Virus record (IMG/VR): IMGVR_UViG_3300024232_000010
Span: 1 to 61,090 of that record
DNA: 61,090 nt
Origin: a virus
Taxonomy: Duplodnaviria > Caudoviricetes
Strand: one strand, 5' to 3'
A program made the translations under genes and the position numbers. The notes under the pieces were generated by a model. It ran no database searches. It was not told the origin of the DNA and saw only the letters and a program-made list of their open reading frames with translations. Below are positions 41,929 through 50,778 of this stretch, piece after piece (position 1 is the stretch's first letter; every line of letters starts with the position of its first letter).

Positions 41929-42806
41929 AGCCCCTTATCGGTCAGCCACCGCTGGGCGGCCTTGGAAACCTGCCCGTTGCCGCCGACGTGGTGCAGCTTG
42001 ACCCACGGGTGGAGCACCGTCGCGAACGTCACGTCCGCTGAGGCCGGTGTAGGTGGCACGGGGACGGGGACAGGAGCGGGGGCTGACAGGGGCAGCGAGA
42101 CGGTGGCGTCGCCCTGCTCGCCCAGCAGCCGGTCCAGGGTGTCGAAGCTGTAGCTGAACGAACCGCTGGCACCCCATCCGGTACCCCACGAGTTGTCGAA
42201 GTGGAGCAGCTTGCGGTCCATGTCCTTGCCCCGGCACAGGTATTCGTGGCCGCCGCGGATGCCCGCACCCGGGCTGACCGCCACCAGGCCGCTGCTGTCG
42301 GGGCTGTCCATCGAGTCGTACCAGTTGGAGCCGATACCGACCGGGCCGTCTTCCAGCGCGTCCAGCACGTCGTTCAGGGTGAAGCAGTGCAGGTAACCCG
42401 AGATGAGCCCCAGCTTCTTCGCGACCTGCGCTGCGGAGGGACCCGACGAGCCGTTGTCGTTCGGCGGGTAGGGGCCGTCACCGTCGATCGTCTCAGCACC
42501 GGAGTAGATCTTGTACCCCAGGCTGCCGTCCAGCGCCGGGTGGCCGGCGGGTAGTGCGTCGAAGACGGGACCGGTGCCGAGCGCGCCGACCTGCTCGAAC
42601 CCGGTGCAGGCACCTACCTGCCCCTGGTCCAGGATCGGGATGTGCCGTGGCCACATCTGGCTGTTCAGCTTGCGCCCCGTGGCACGCCACGGGAAGGCCC
42701 GGTTCCGGGAGTCGTGGTAAAGGTTACGGCCGAGCGGCAGCGGGTGGCTGCCCGGCGCTGGGTCCCACGGAATGGTCCCACGCGTCGTGGTCCAGCTGGT
42801 GATCAT
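41925..42806 (-). CDS. Papain-like cysteine peptidase (C1-like)
   Basis: DQGQVGACTGF, GGHE, NSWGTGWG. Confidence 0.85.
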   Translation of the reverse strand: MITSWTTTRGTIPWDPAPGSHPLPLGRNLYHDSRNRAFPWRATGRKLNSQMWPRHIPILDQGQVGACTGFEQVGALGTGPVFDALPAGHPALDGSLGYKIYSGAETIDGDGPYPPNDNGSSGPSAAQVAKKLGLISGYLHCFTLNDVLDALEDGPVGIGSNWYDSMDSPDSSGLVAVSPGAGIRGGHEYLCRGKDMDRKLLHFDNSWGTGWGASGSFSYSFDTLDRLLGEQGDATVSLPLSAPAPVPVPVPPTPASADVTFATVLHPWVKLHHVGGNGQVSKAAQRWLTDKGL

Positions 42807-43066
42807 TTCGCCCTCTCGCGGTACTCGACCCCGTGAACTTCGATGTCCGGGTTGTACCTCACGGTATCAGGGCGGCTGAAAACCTGGAATGGAAGGTTCA
42901 GGCAGCGGAACCACACCGCGGTCACTTCCCCGGTCTTAGGGTCGATCTCGATGTCCAGTCGGTCAGTTCCGTGGATAGTGCCGCCGTCTCCGTAGTAGAA
43001 GTTACCGTCACCGCCGGCCAGGGACTGCTTCAGCCGAAAGATGTCTTCGGGGCCCATCTCCGGCAT
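42803..43066 (-). CDS. Hypothetical protein
   Basis: GGAGG RBS; ATGA overlap with the next gene. Confidence 0.6.
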   Translation of the reverse strand: MPEMGPEDIFRLKQSLAGGDGNFYYGDGGTIHGTDRLDIEIDPKTGEVTAVWFRCLNLPFQVFSRPDTVRYNPDIEVHGVEYRERAK

Positions 43067-43076
43067 AGCGCCCTCC

Positions 43077-44651
43077 CTAGCCGAGGCTCCTGAGCGGGTT
43101 GTAGCTGCGGCGCAGGCGGTTGAAAGCCCAGTACGCCAGGGTCGCCGAGGTCAGCGGGGTGATATCGGACGCCGTGTTCTTCCGCGACCAGCCGCGCATC
43201 CCGTCGCCCACGTCCCGTGTCTCAGCCCGGGCCAGCGCCGACCGCAGGTACGGTGCCTCGTCGCGTCCCAGTTGCCCGATGGTCTTGTCGCGGATCGCGG
43301 TGACCATCAGCGTGAACGCCTGCGCCTCTTCGGATGCCCCGGCCTTGAGGAATTCCAGTCCCTGGTTCTCCCCGTCGTCGATGAGAGCCGAAGCGGGAGC
43401 GGTCTTCGGGACGGCGATCCCCAGCGGACGCCACTTACGGCGCAGCTCCAGCAGCATCGGCACGACCCAGCCGGTGCCGGGCCGGAACCCGTTCGACGGT
43501 GTTTCCACGATGACCAGCCCGTCGGAGGGACGCTGCCACGCAACGGATATGCACGCGGAGTTCAGGTCGGGAGTGACATCCACCCCGAAGCAGACGGGTG
43601 TGACAGCACCGCCGAATACCTGCGTCTCGCACGCATTCCACTGGTCCTCGGTGACGACCAGCCAGCCTTCCTCATCGGTGGGCCAGTGGCCCGCGCCCAG
43701 CCGCTCGACGTTGAACGCGTCCTCGGGCATCGAGTCGAGTTCCCACGCGATGTGCTCCAGCGTGATCCGGTAGCCCAGCGCCGGGTTGGCCTTCGCCCAC
43801 GAATGCGGGTCGTCCCGGTCGTCATGCTGGTCGCAGACGATGTACTGGTTCGCCCGGCGTCCGTAGCGCATGTCACGGTGGCACATCTCGTTGTGCGGGC
43901 GGATCGACCACTCGAAATAGGCCAGCCGCTCGTCATCACCGCGGATTCCACGCCGCCGCACAGACGCCAGCTGCGTGGAGTCAGGCAGGCCCGCCGATGC
44001 GAGGTACCACAGCTGGGGGTTCGGCACGGCCGACATGGTAGGCATCGAAGCGCCCACCTGGTCGGTTGTGAGGATCATCGCCTCGTCCCACACCAGGCAG
44101 TTACACGTGAAAGACCGGCCTGAACCACGGGACCGGGCGAGGAACCGCAGGCGCGGGGCGACCGACTTGCGGATCAGCCTGGCGTTCGGGCCGAAGATCA
44201 GCGCCGGTTTGGGCCGCAGCGTGACCGCTTCCTCACCGTGGGACGTGATGATCGACTTGACCCGGCGGTCGAGTTCCTCGCAGCCCTTGATCCTGTCCCG
44301 CAGCCGCAGGAAATGCTCGTTCGACGCCTTGAACTCGTGCGCGGTGTGGATGATCAGCGGCTCTGAAAGCTGGAACAGGCCGAACAGCTCCCGGCCCTCC
44401 ACGGTGGCGTTCTTGCCGTTCTGCCGGGCGAGGACCTCCGCTACTTCCTTCGCCGCCCAGGTGCCGTTCTGCCGGGTGCCCAGCGAGTCTTTCAGCGTCT
44501 CCGCCTGCCACGGGTCGAACTCGAACCCGACAGAGGTGCAGAACTCGATGCATTCGCGGCCCGTCGCGTCCGAATGGTAGTCGGGCACCGACCGGATGCG
44601 GGGGTGCTGAACCCCGAAGACGGGGGATTCGCTGAATGCGGGCATCGCCAT
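43077..44651 (-). CDS. terL: Terminase large subunit
   Basis: PWQ, ARQNGKN (Walker A), LVWDEA (Walker B), ANPALG, GVDV, DITPL. Confidence 0.95.
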   Translation of the reverse strand: MAMPAFSESPVFGVQHPRIRSVPDYHSDATGRECIEFCTSVGFEFDPWQAETLKDSLGTRQNGTWAAKEVAEVLARQNGKNATVEGRELFGLFQLSEPLIIHTAHEFKASNEHFLRLRDRIKGCEELDRRVKSIITSHGEEAVTLRPKPALIFGPNARLIRKSVAPRLRFLARSRGSGRSFTCNCLVWDEAMILTTDQVGASMPTMSAVPNPQLWYLASAGLPDSTQLASVRRRGIRGDDERLAYFEWSIRPHNEMCHRDMRYGRRANQYIVCDQHDDRDDPHSWAKANPALGYRITLEHIAWELDSMPEDAFNVERLGAGHWPTDEEGWLVVTEDQWNACETQVFGGAVTPVCFGVDVTPDLNSACISVAWQRPSDGLVIVETPSNGFRPGTGWVVPMLLELRRKWRPLGIAVPKTAPASALIDDGENQGLEFLKAGASEEAQAFTLMVTAIRDKTIGQLGRDEAPYLRSALARAETRDVGDGMRGWSRKNTASDITPLTSATLAYWAFNRLRRSYNPLRSLG

Positions 44652-44652
44652 G

Positions 44653-44817
44653 CTAGTCTTCTTCTTCGCACCCGCTCATCATCGCGATGATGACGGCGAT
44701 GAGGATGCGCAACGCCTCGTTGCGGGTGAAACCCGCATCGACGTAGGCCATGAACATCTCGTGCTGCTGCACGACTCCTGCTTGCAGCTGGGTCAGCGGT
44801 TCCTCGGGGCTGGCCAT
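44653..44817 (-). CDS. 54-aa hypothetical protein
   Basis: MASPEEPL...HEMFMAYVDAGFTRNEAL; TGATG-coupled. Confidence 0.55.
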   Translation of the reverse strand: MASPEEPLTQLQAGVVQQHEMFMAYVDAGFTRNEALRILIAVIIAMMSGCEEED

Positions 44818-45101
44818 CAGCCGTGCTCGCGCATCAGCCGTTCCTCACGGCGTCGTTGAAGCTCATCTATCTTGTCTCCTTCAGCTCCTGGCGGTGCCAT
44901 CTCGCGGAGCTGGACCGAGCATAGCCGAAGCTCCCGGAGTATCTGGGCGAGGTCTCGCGGCTCCAGGTGCCGGGCGTCCGCTTCGGCTGCCAGGGTGAGC
45001 ATGGCCTGGGCGACCGTGCCGGTGGAGACTGATTCCGGGAAAGTCCTGAGGTCCCTGCGGACTGCCCGTTCGACAGGGCCTATCTTGCGTCGTGCAGGCA
45101 T
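44817..45101 (-). CDS. terS: Terminase small subunit (putative)
   Basis: Upstream of terL; helical, ends DKIDELQRRREER. Confidence 0.7.
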   Translation of the reverse strand: MPARRKIGPVERAVRRDLRTFPESVSTGTVAQAMLTLAAEADARHLEPRDLAQILRELRLCSVQLREMAPPGAEGDKIDELQRRREERLMREHG

Positions 45102-45163
45102 AACCTGAGCCTCCCCTGATACACTGTCAGCACGCGAGAGTGCCAACCTGGAAGGGCATAGTC

Positions 45164-45526
45164 ATGCGTGACTACGACCAGTACCTAACTGAGCTGCGAC
45201 GACGAGGTTACATCACCCGGCGCAGCCTGGGCACGGGCCACCTGAAGATATTCGACCAGCACGGGTGCCTGGTGGGCGTGCATTCGGGGAACGGCGGCAG
45301 CGACCGGCGGGGCCTGCTGAACCTCAAGGCCGATATCCGCCGACATCAGTGCCTAGCCGGTGAAAAGCAAGGCGAGCATGTACAGCGCGAGGCCCGCAGC
45401 GACGAACGTCGCCCAGATCGCACGCGGGGTGACTACCCATGCCACGACCGCGGCCACGGCGAACAGCAGGAAAGCCAGCAGAATCAGGAACCCGTGTACG
45501 CCGCTGACGGCGAAGCCGCTCGCTAG
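45164..45526 (+). CDS. HicA-like small protein
   Basis: GHLKIFD..G..V.V......SDRR...NLKADIRR pattern. The C-terminal part overlaps an antisense gene. Confidence 0.45.
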   Translation: MRDYDQYLTELRRRGYITRRSLGTGHLKIFDQHGCLVGVHSGNGGSDRRGLLNLKADIRRHQCLAGEKQGEHVQREARSDERRPDRTRGDYPCHDRGHGEQQESQQNQEPVYAADGEAAR

Positions 45527-45547
45527 CGGTGCTAGTGACGTGTGCAT
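45353..45547 (-). CDS. Small 2-TM membrane protein
   Basis: Strongly hydrophobic 64 aa; GAGG RBS. Confidence 0.6.
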   Translation of the reverse strand: MHTSLAPLASGFAVSGVHGFLILLAFLLFAVAAVVAWVVTPRAIWATFVAAGLALYMLALLFTG

Positions 45548-45582
45548 GGTGACCTCATTACCCGCATAGAAGGGAACGTAAC

Positions 45583-45951
45583 ATGACGGTCAGTGTCTCC
45601 GGGCGGCTGCCTGATGGAGACGGCAACGGTCTTAACGCGGTCTTGTCCGACCTGATCCGCGACCCGAAGAAACTCCACGTCTGCATAGCCATCCTGGACG
45701 GGAAGAAAGTCACGACCGACGCCGATTCGGGTGAGACGGTCCCGACCGCTCGCATCCGCCGGATCGAGGTCCTGCTCGACGAGGATGACATGAGGGTCGC
45801 GGAGAACCTGATGCGGCGCGCCCTGGACCGCCGTACCGGACGTGAAGCACTGCCGTATGACCTGGAGGAAGAAATCAGGGCCGCGTTCCCCGGGAAGGTC
45901 GAAGACTACACCGATGACGAGCCAGGGCAGACTGGTCCAACGCCAGAATAA
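45583..45951 (+). CDS. Hypothetical phage protein
   Basis: Protein-like composition; RBS present. Confidence 0.7.
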   Translation: MTVSVSGRLPDGDGNGLNAVLSDLIRDPKKLHVCIAILDGKKVTTDADSGETVPTARIRRIEVLLDEDDMRVAENLMRRALDRRTGREALPYDLEEEIRAAFPGKVEDYTDDEPGQTGPTPE

Positions 45952-46077
45952 CTGATAGAAAAAACAAGCGCAACAGGGAGAGTCCATTGTCGCCAGATGA
46001 GAACCGGGCCGCGAGGATGCGTGATGCCAGCCTGCTGATGGCCGCTTACCTGGGTGCCCGGGCCAAGATGACGCCGC

Positions 46078-46791
46078 GTGACGCCTACGCCGCGGCGGTC
46101 AAGTGGGTGGCTGCCTACAACGGCTACCTGGCGGTGTGCTCCCGGCGGGAGTAGTGTTAGCGGCATCGGGGAGGCGGCCTTGAAGCATCCGAAGCATGCA
46201 GAGACTAAGGCGCAGCATGCCGCTTCGGTGAATTGGGCTAAAGCCGGACGTGCGGCGCAGGCGCGCAAGCGCGCGTTCGAGAAAGCGCATGGCTTGCCGA
46301 CGCGGACGAAGGCTCAGACGCAGGCGTCGCTGAAGTGGGCGGCTGCTGGCCGTTCCGCGCAGGCCCGCAGCCGGCAGGGGCTCCAGCCGGTAGCGAGGCA
46401 GAAGCCGGCGCTGGCGCTGCCGGGTTACGGTATTCATGATCTGCCGGTATGCGCGGCGGTCGCGGTGTCCGAGCACCTGGCCGCGGCCACTGGTGCTATC
46501 GCATCCGATGCCGGTATCCTGTCACTGGTTGACGGCCTGGGTGGCGGCTGCCTCGCTGATTACCTGGAGGCAGCCGCCACGGACGGCCTGGGCGGTGTGC
46601 GGCTGGCGGGGTTCTGGCCGTGTGACCCGGACATGTTCGTGCCGGGTCTTGTGTACGGGGTGCGGTTCCGGCAGGGTTATCACGCGGTGCTGTCGCACCC
46701 GTCGGGGATGATCTCATGGGGCATGCTCATGCCTGTTACTGGAGTGCCAGTTGAGGCATGGCACCTTGAGTGGGACACTCAGCTGTCCTAA
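46078..46791 (+). CDS. Hypothetical protein with duplicated basic helix and possible Cys/His peptidase-like C-terminus (start uncertain)
   Basis: TKAQ..AS..WA.AGR.AQAR twice; PVCAA...YHAVL...ISWG. Confidence 0.5.
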   Translation: MTPTPRRSSGWLPTTATWRCAPGGSSVSGIGEAALKHPKHAETKAQHAASVNWAKAGRAAQARKRAFEKAHGLPTRTKAQTQASLKWAAAGRSAQARSRQGLQPVARQKPALALPGYGIHDLPVCAAVAVSEHLAAATGAIASDAGILSLVDGLGGGCLADYLEAAATDGLGGVRLAGFWPCDPDMFVPGLVYGVRFRQGYHAVLSHPSGMISWGMLMPVTGVPVEAWHLEWDTQLS

Positions 46792-46872
46792 CTGCGACAT
46801 GCATAGTACAATAAGAGTATGGCAAACATGCTGCCATACCATCCACCCATGTCCTGAGCCAAGAAGGAAACC

Positions 46873-47226
46873 ATGCCCGCTTACGCCAAGATCAAGAAGA
46901 ACGAACTCATGGACGTGCTGACCGCGAACCGCGACAGTCACCGCACCAAGTTCCTCGCCGCGCAGGAAGCCTACCGCGCCCGCGTCATCGAGATGCTGGA
47001 CCAGCGACTGGCCGACGCACGCGCAGGACGCAGCATCGACCTCGCGTTCCGGCTGCCGGTACCCGAGGACCACACCGCCGACTACGACCGCGAGCTGCGC
47101 ATGCTCGAAATGGAAGTCGAGGAGACAGTTACCCTTGACAGCCGCCTGTTCGACCAGCTGGTCATGGACAACTGGTCGTGGAGCGCGGTTTTCGCCGCGA
47201 CGAACTCGGTTTACGCGGTGGAGTAA
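46873..47226 (+). CDS. Hypothetical phage protein
   Basis: AAGGA RBS; P.DHT.DYDR...ML...FDQLVMD.W.W pattern. Confidence 0.75.
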   Translation: MPAYAKIKKNELMDVLTANRDSHRTKFLAAQEAYRARVIEMLDQRLADARAGRSIDLAFRLPVPEDHTADYDRELRMLEMEVEETVTLDSRLFDQLVMDNWSWSAVFAATNSVYAVE

Positions 47227-47484
47227 ATGGCCAACCCCCATTCACCGCTGACGAAGATCAGGGCCCGCCTGGCGACATGGCTCGAACCCTACCCGGATAG
47301 GGGCGAGGCGTGGTGCGTCAACTGCGCGCTCAACGGCGGGCGGACCCTGATCGTGCCCGCGACCGGTCACGCTCGTCATGTCATGCAGCATCGTGACGAA
47401 CAGGGCATGCGGAGCGCTGTGAGCATCCGGGTTAGCTGGGGGTCTGCCGGGCCCCATCTCTGCGACGAACAGGACGACGACTGA
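47227..47484 (+). CDS. Hypothetical protein
   Basis: Coupled ORF with CxxC and HxxxH. Confidence 0.55.
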   Translation: MANPHSPLTKIRARLATWLEPYPDRGEAWCVNCALNGGRTLIVPATGHARHVMQHRDEQGMRSAVSIRVSWGSAGPHLCDEQDDD

Positions 47485-48794
47485 TGCCCAGCGGGCGCGC
47501 CATCGTGATACGCGGCAACGCACGTCACCTGCCGTTGCCGGATGAAAGCGTGGACCTGATCGTCACGTCCCCCCCGTACTACTCGCTGCGGTCCTACACC
47601 GACCAGGGCAGGCATTACGACGGGCAGATCGGCGCGGAACCCACCCCGAAGCAGTACATCGAATCGCTGATGGAATGCACCCGGGAATGGGCGCGGGTAC
47701 TCAAGCCGTCCGGTTCGATCTTCGTGAACCTGGGGGACACGCACTCGTCCGTGCAGGGAGTGCGGGAGAACCACGACCAGAACCTGTCCGGTAAGCGCAA
47801 GTCACGCGGCGAGGGGAAAGGGTTCGCCAAGTCGGGGCCCGCCGTGTGGGGTGTCCCGTCGAAGTCCCTGATCGGGGTGCCGTGGCGGTACGCTCTGGCG
47901 TGCATCGACGAGGGCCTGATCGTACGGCGTGACATCATCTGGTCCAAGCCGAACGGCATCCCCGAATCGGTGGATGACCGGGTGCGGACATCCCACGAGT
48001 ACATCTTCCACATCGTCAAGGCCCGCCGGTACTTCACCGGGGTCGATGAGATCCGCGAACCCCACAACTCTGAGTCGTTCGCGCGGTTCGCACCAGGCCG
48101 GGCGCTTCCTGGCAGGCGACCAGCGGAAATCTACAACGGCAAACCGGCGCAGACACTAGGGCTGGAAAAGGCCCTGCACCCCGCCGGTCGGCTGCCCGGC
48201 TCGGTGTGGACGATCCCCGTGCAGCCGCTGATCGGCCCGGCGTGCCGCCTGGTGTGGGACGGACGGACGATCTGCTGGTTCAGCACGTGGGAAGAGGGTG
48301 AGCGTCACATGCGGATCCTCGCCCGCGACGCGTGGATGTGGGCTGGCGTGGCCGGTCGTCCGAGCCTGCGACCCGAAGTTGAGCATTACGCGGCGTTCCC
48401 GATGGAGCTGCCACGGCGGATCATCCAGGGGTTCAGCCCGACCGGTATCTGCACCCAGTGCGGGCAGGGCAGGCGTCCCTTCGTGGACCGGGAACGTCAC
48501 CACGCCAACACTGATGTTTCCGTCATCAGCTATGAGTGCGACTGCGAGACGCCTGAAGCGCCCACCCGGCCCGCCGTGGTTCTGGACCCTTTCGGCGGGA
48601 CAGGCTGCGCCACGTTGGTCGCCGCTTCGATGGGACGCATCGGCATCAGCAACGACTACTCCCATTCCTACTCGCGGTTCGCCCGCTGGCGGACCACGAG
48701 CAGCACTGAGCGGGCCAAGGCCATGCAGGTCCGCAAGCCGCCACCCCCGCCCGACCCGCGGCAGGGGACGCTGTTCGACCTCAGTGAGGTATAG
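47484..48794 (+). CDS. DNA N4-cytosine/N6-adenine methyltransferase (beta class)
   Basis: TSPPY near the N-terminus, IIWSKPN, H.AAFP, LDPFGGTG near the C-terminus. Confidence 0.92.
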   Translation: MPSGRAIVIRGNARHLPLPDESVDLIVTSPPYYSLRSYTDQGRHYDGQIGAEPTPKQYIESLMECTREWARVLKPSGSIFVNLGDTHSSVQGVRENHDQNLSGKRKSRGEGKGFAKSGPAVWGVPSKSLIGVPWRYALACIDEGLIVRRDIIWSKPNGIPESVDDRVRTSHEYIFHIVKARRYFTGVDEIREPHNSESFARFAPGRALPGRRPAEIYNGKPAQTLGLEKALHPAGRLPGSVWTIPVQPLIGPACRLVWDGRTICWFSTWEEGERHMRILARDAWMWAGVAGRPSLRPEVEHYAAFPMELPRRIIQGFSPTGICTQCGQGRRPFVDRERHHANTDVSVISYECDCETPEAPTRPAVVLDPFGGTGCATLVAASMGRIGISNDYSHSYSRFARWRTTSSTERAKAMQVRKPPPPPDPRQGTLFDLSEV

Positions 48795-48796
48795 CA

Positions 48797-49252
48797 ATGA
48801 TCAAGCCCCGCAAGACACCGTGCGCGTCGTGCCCGTACCGGTGTGACGTTCCATCCGGTGTGTGGTCCGAAGATGAGTACCGGAAGCTGGAAACCTACGA
48901 CGGCGGCACGGCCGAGCAGGCCATGAAAGGCGCGCTCGGCGTGTTCGCCTGCCACCAGGGCGGCAACGAGATCTGCGCCGGTTGGGCTGCCGTCCACGGG
49001 AACCGCGACAACTTCGCGCTCCGCATGGCTCACCTGATGGACCCGCACGTAGATGTCGGTGCGGTCATCGAGTACACCACCGATGTTCCCGTGTTCGCCA
49101 GCGGCAAGCAGGCCGCTGATCACGGGCGCAGGGAGATAGAGCAACCGGGCTCAGCAGCCCGGGAAGCGGTCGGGAAGATCGCGAGAGTAAGGCAGATGCG
49201 GGGTCAGCCCGTGACATACTCGGGCTCCTCGCAGACCGGAAGGGGAAAGTAA
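48797..49252 (+). CDS. Conserved Cys-motif protein (DUF6283-like)
   Basis: PCASCPYR.DVPSGVW...EY.KL..YD, FACHQ, CAGW. Confidence 0.7.
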   Translation: MIKPRKTPCASCPYRCDVPSGVWSEDEYRKLETYDGGTAEQAMKGALGVFACHQGGNEICAGWAAVHGNRDNFALRMAHLMDPHVDVGAVIEYTTDVPVFASGKQAADHGRREIEQPGSAAREAVGKIARVRQMRGQPVTYSGSSQTGRGK

Positions 49253-49393
49253 ATGTCACTGTCGACGATCATCATCGTCGGGTTCCTGTTCATGCTCGCC
49301 GTCCTGGGTCACACCTTGTGGCACGGAGCTGAGGTCGCCATCTTCAACTTCGTCGTGCAGGCTTTCACCGGCGCTCACGTGACCGGCTGAGCC

Positions 49394-49585
49394 GTGAACG
49401 GGTTCGAAGTACACGAGTACGTGATGCGCCCGTACCTCACGTTCTACGACGAGCGCGGCGACGTTATCGACAAGATCCTGCTCACACCGGACAAGGTAGC
49501 CATCCCGCTGCAAGCCACGTATCTGACGTACGAAATGGACGTCAGGCAGGCTGATAAGAGCGAGGACGATGGCGACGTTCGATGA
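49394..49585 (+). CDS. Hypothetical protein
   Basis: Protein-like ORF in a plus-strand array. Confidence 0.5.
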   Translation: MNGFEVHEYVMRPYLTFYDERGDVIDKILLTPDKVAIPLQATYLTYEMDVRQADKSEDDGDVR

Positions 49586-49820
49586 GCTGTACCCGGACGC
49601 GCCGCTGTGGTTCCAGCCGCCGCACGGCGAAGACGACGACGGCGCGGCGAAGTGCCCCACTACAGGGCCGTGCTGGAACTGCGGCACCCCCACGGCGTAC
49701 GTGGACCTGGACTTCGAGGGTCACCTTTGCTCCGAGGCGTGCCGTGACGTCAAGTGGGACGAGTACTTCCAGGCGCTGAGGCAAGGAGCCGGTGACGGTG
49801 ATCCACCACCTTATCTATGA
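49569..49820 (+). CDS. Hypothetical zinc-binding protein
   Basis: CWNC...CSEAC. Confidence 0.55.
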   Translation: MATFDELYPDAPLWFQPPHGEDDDGAAKCPTTGPCWNCGTPTAYVDLDFEGHLCSEACRDVKWDEYFQALRQGAGDGDPPPYL

Positions 49821-49977
49821 GGCAGGCCGGTACCACGGAAGCGGCGGCGGGTACGCACTGACCCTGTTCTTCCGGTGGCTGTGGCACGAGATCGGCTGGT
49901 GGTCTATGTTCATCATCGGGCCCCTGACCGGGCTAGGTCTGTGGGGCATGTGGAACGACAGCGGAGAGGATCAGTAA
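49792..49977 (+). CDS. Small membrane protein
   Basis: Trp-rich and hydrophobic. Confidence 0.5.
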   Translation: MTVIHHLIYEAGRYHGSGGGYALTLFFRWLWHEIGWWSMFIIGPLTGLGLWGMWNDSGEDQ

Positions 49978-50105
49978 TGGCGGGACTCAACTGCCCGGTA
50001 TGCAACAAGCCTGTCAAGCAGGTCAAGCACAAGTCGGGCATGCACACCGCGTGCGAACGACGGCTCAAGAAGAACCGCAAGGTCAAGATGCCGAGCGGGA
50101 CCTGA
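49977..50105 (+). CDS. Micro zinc-finger protein
   Basis: MAGLNCPVC...MHTAC; TAATG-coupled. Confidence 0.55.
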   Translation: MAGLNCPVCNKPVKQVKHKSGMHTACERRLKKNRKVKMPSGT

Positions 50106-50206
50106 TGCCCAGCGGGGTCACGTGGGGGAACCACGGCCCTCACTGCCACGGGAGTTACTGCTGCGAATGCAACGCCTGCCACGGGCCGAAGCCGGGAGCG
50201 AAGTGA
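50105..50206 (+). CDS. Cys/His-rich micro-protein
   Basis: HGPHCHGSYCCECNACH; TGATG-coupled. Confidence 0.45.
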   Translation: MPSGVTWGNHGPHCHGSYCCECNACHGPKPGAK

Positions 50207-50220
50207 TGGAGCCGATAGAG

Positions 50221-50296
50221 TGGTAGCGGGGACGAGATTCGAACTCGTGCTTGAAGCTTATGAGGCTCCCGAGGTACCTAGCTCCTCCACCCCGCG
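50221..50296 (-). tRNA. tRNA-Met (CAT), initiator-like
   Basis: Full cloverleaf: acceptor CGCGGGG/CCCCGCT, D stem GAGG/CCTC, anticodon arm GGAGC-CTCATAA-GCTTC, T arm ACGAG-TTCGAAT-CTCGT, encoded CCA. Confidence 0.93.
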
Positions 50297-50355
50297 GCGT
50301 GTCCGGGCCTGTTACTGCTACCCCGCACGGGCGGCCCGGACAGGTATCAGTGTAG

Positions 50356-50412
50356 TGGCGGGGGACTCGGGGTTCAACCCCATCCGGGAGCACGGAGTTC
50401 GCGCGGTCCCCC
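50356..50412 (-). ncRNA. Short tRNA-like element
   Basis: GGGGGAC...GGGGTTGAACCCC..GTCCCCC-GCCA, 57 nt, with no normal D or anticodon arm. Confidence 0.4.
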
Positions 50413-50482
50413 GGGCCTGCCCGCTGATCATGGCAGGCAGTGCTCCGTCCGCTGGTGATCCTATCAGGCGTAGGCTGGGATG

Positions 50483-50749
50483 ATGGCTGGCAGGAAAGTC
50501 GTGTTCAACATACGCGTGTCGGAGGAAACAGCTCAGGCCATCGACCATGCGCGTGGCGGCCAGTCCCGCGCGGGCTGGGTGAGCGACCTGATCGACGCGG
50601 CGCTCGCGGCTGGTGGTGACCCGCCGGTGGAGTACCGGTCAGGGTCGCAGCGCAAGCGCGCGGAGGCAGCTGGCGGTAAGTGCCCGCATCCGCGCGCCCG
50701 GGTGATCAAGGGTTTCTGTTACGCGTGCGGCATGCCAGCCGCTATCTGA
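50483..50749 (+). CDS. Ribbon-helix-helix DNA-binding protein with C-terminal zinc ribbon
   Basis: VFNIRVSEETAQAIDHARGGQSRAGWV; CPH...CYAC. Confidence 0.7.
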   Translation: MAGRKVVFNIRVSEETAQAIDHARGGQSRAGWVSDLIDAALAAGGDPPVEYRSGSQRKRAEAAGGKCPHPRARVIKGFCYACGMPAAI

Positions 50750-50778
50750 ATGACCACATGAAAACGGGTGTTCCTCCT

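Noticed and set aside
50442-50452. 11-nt match (GCGGACGGAGC on the minus strand) to the capsid/tail leader motif
   Set aside because: The flanking stems of the leader are absent. A short GC-rich match could be chance.
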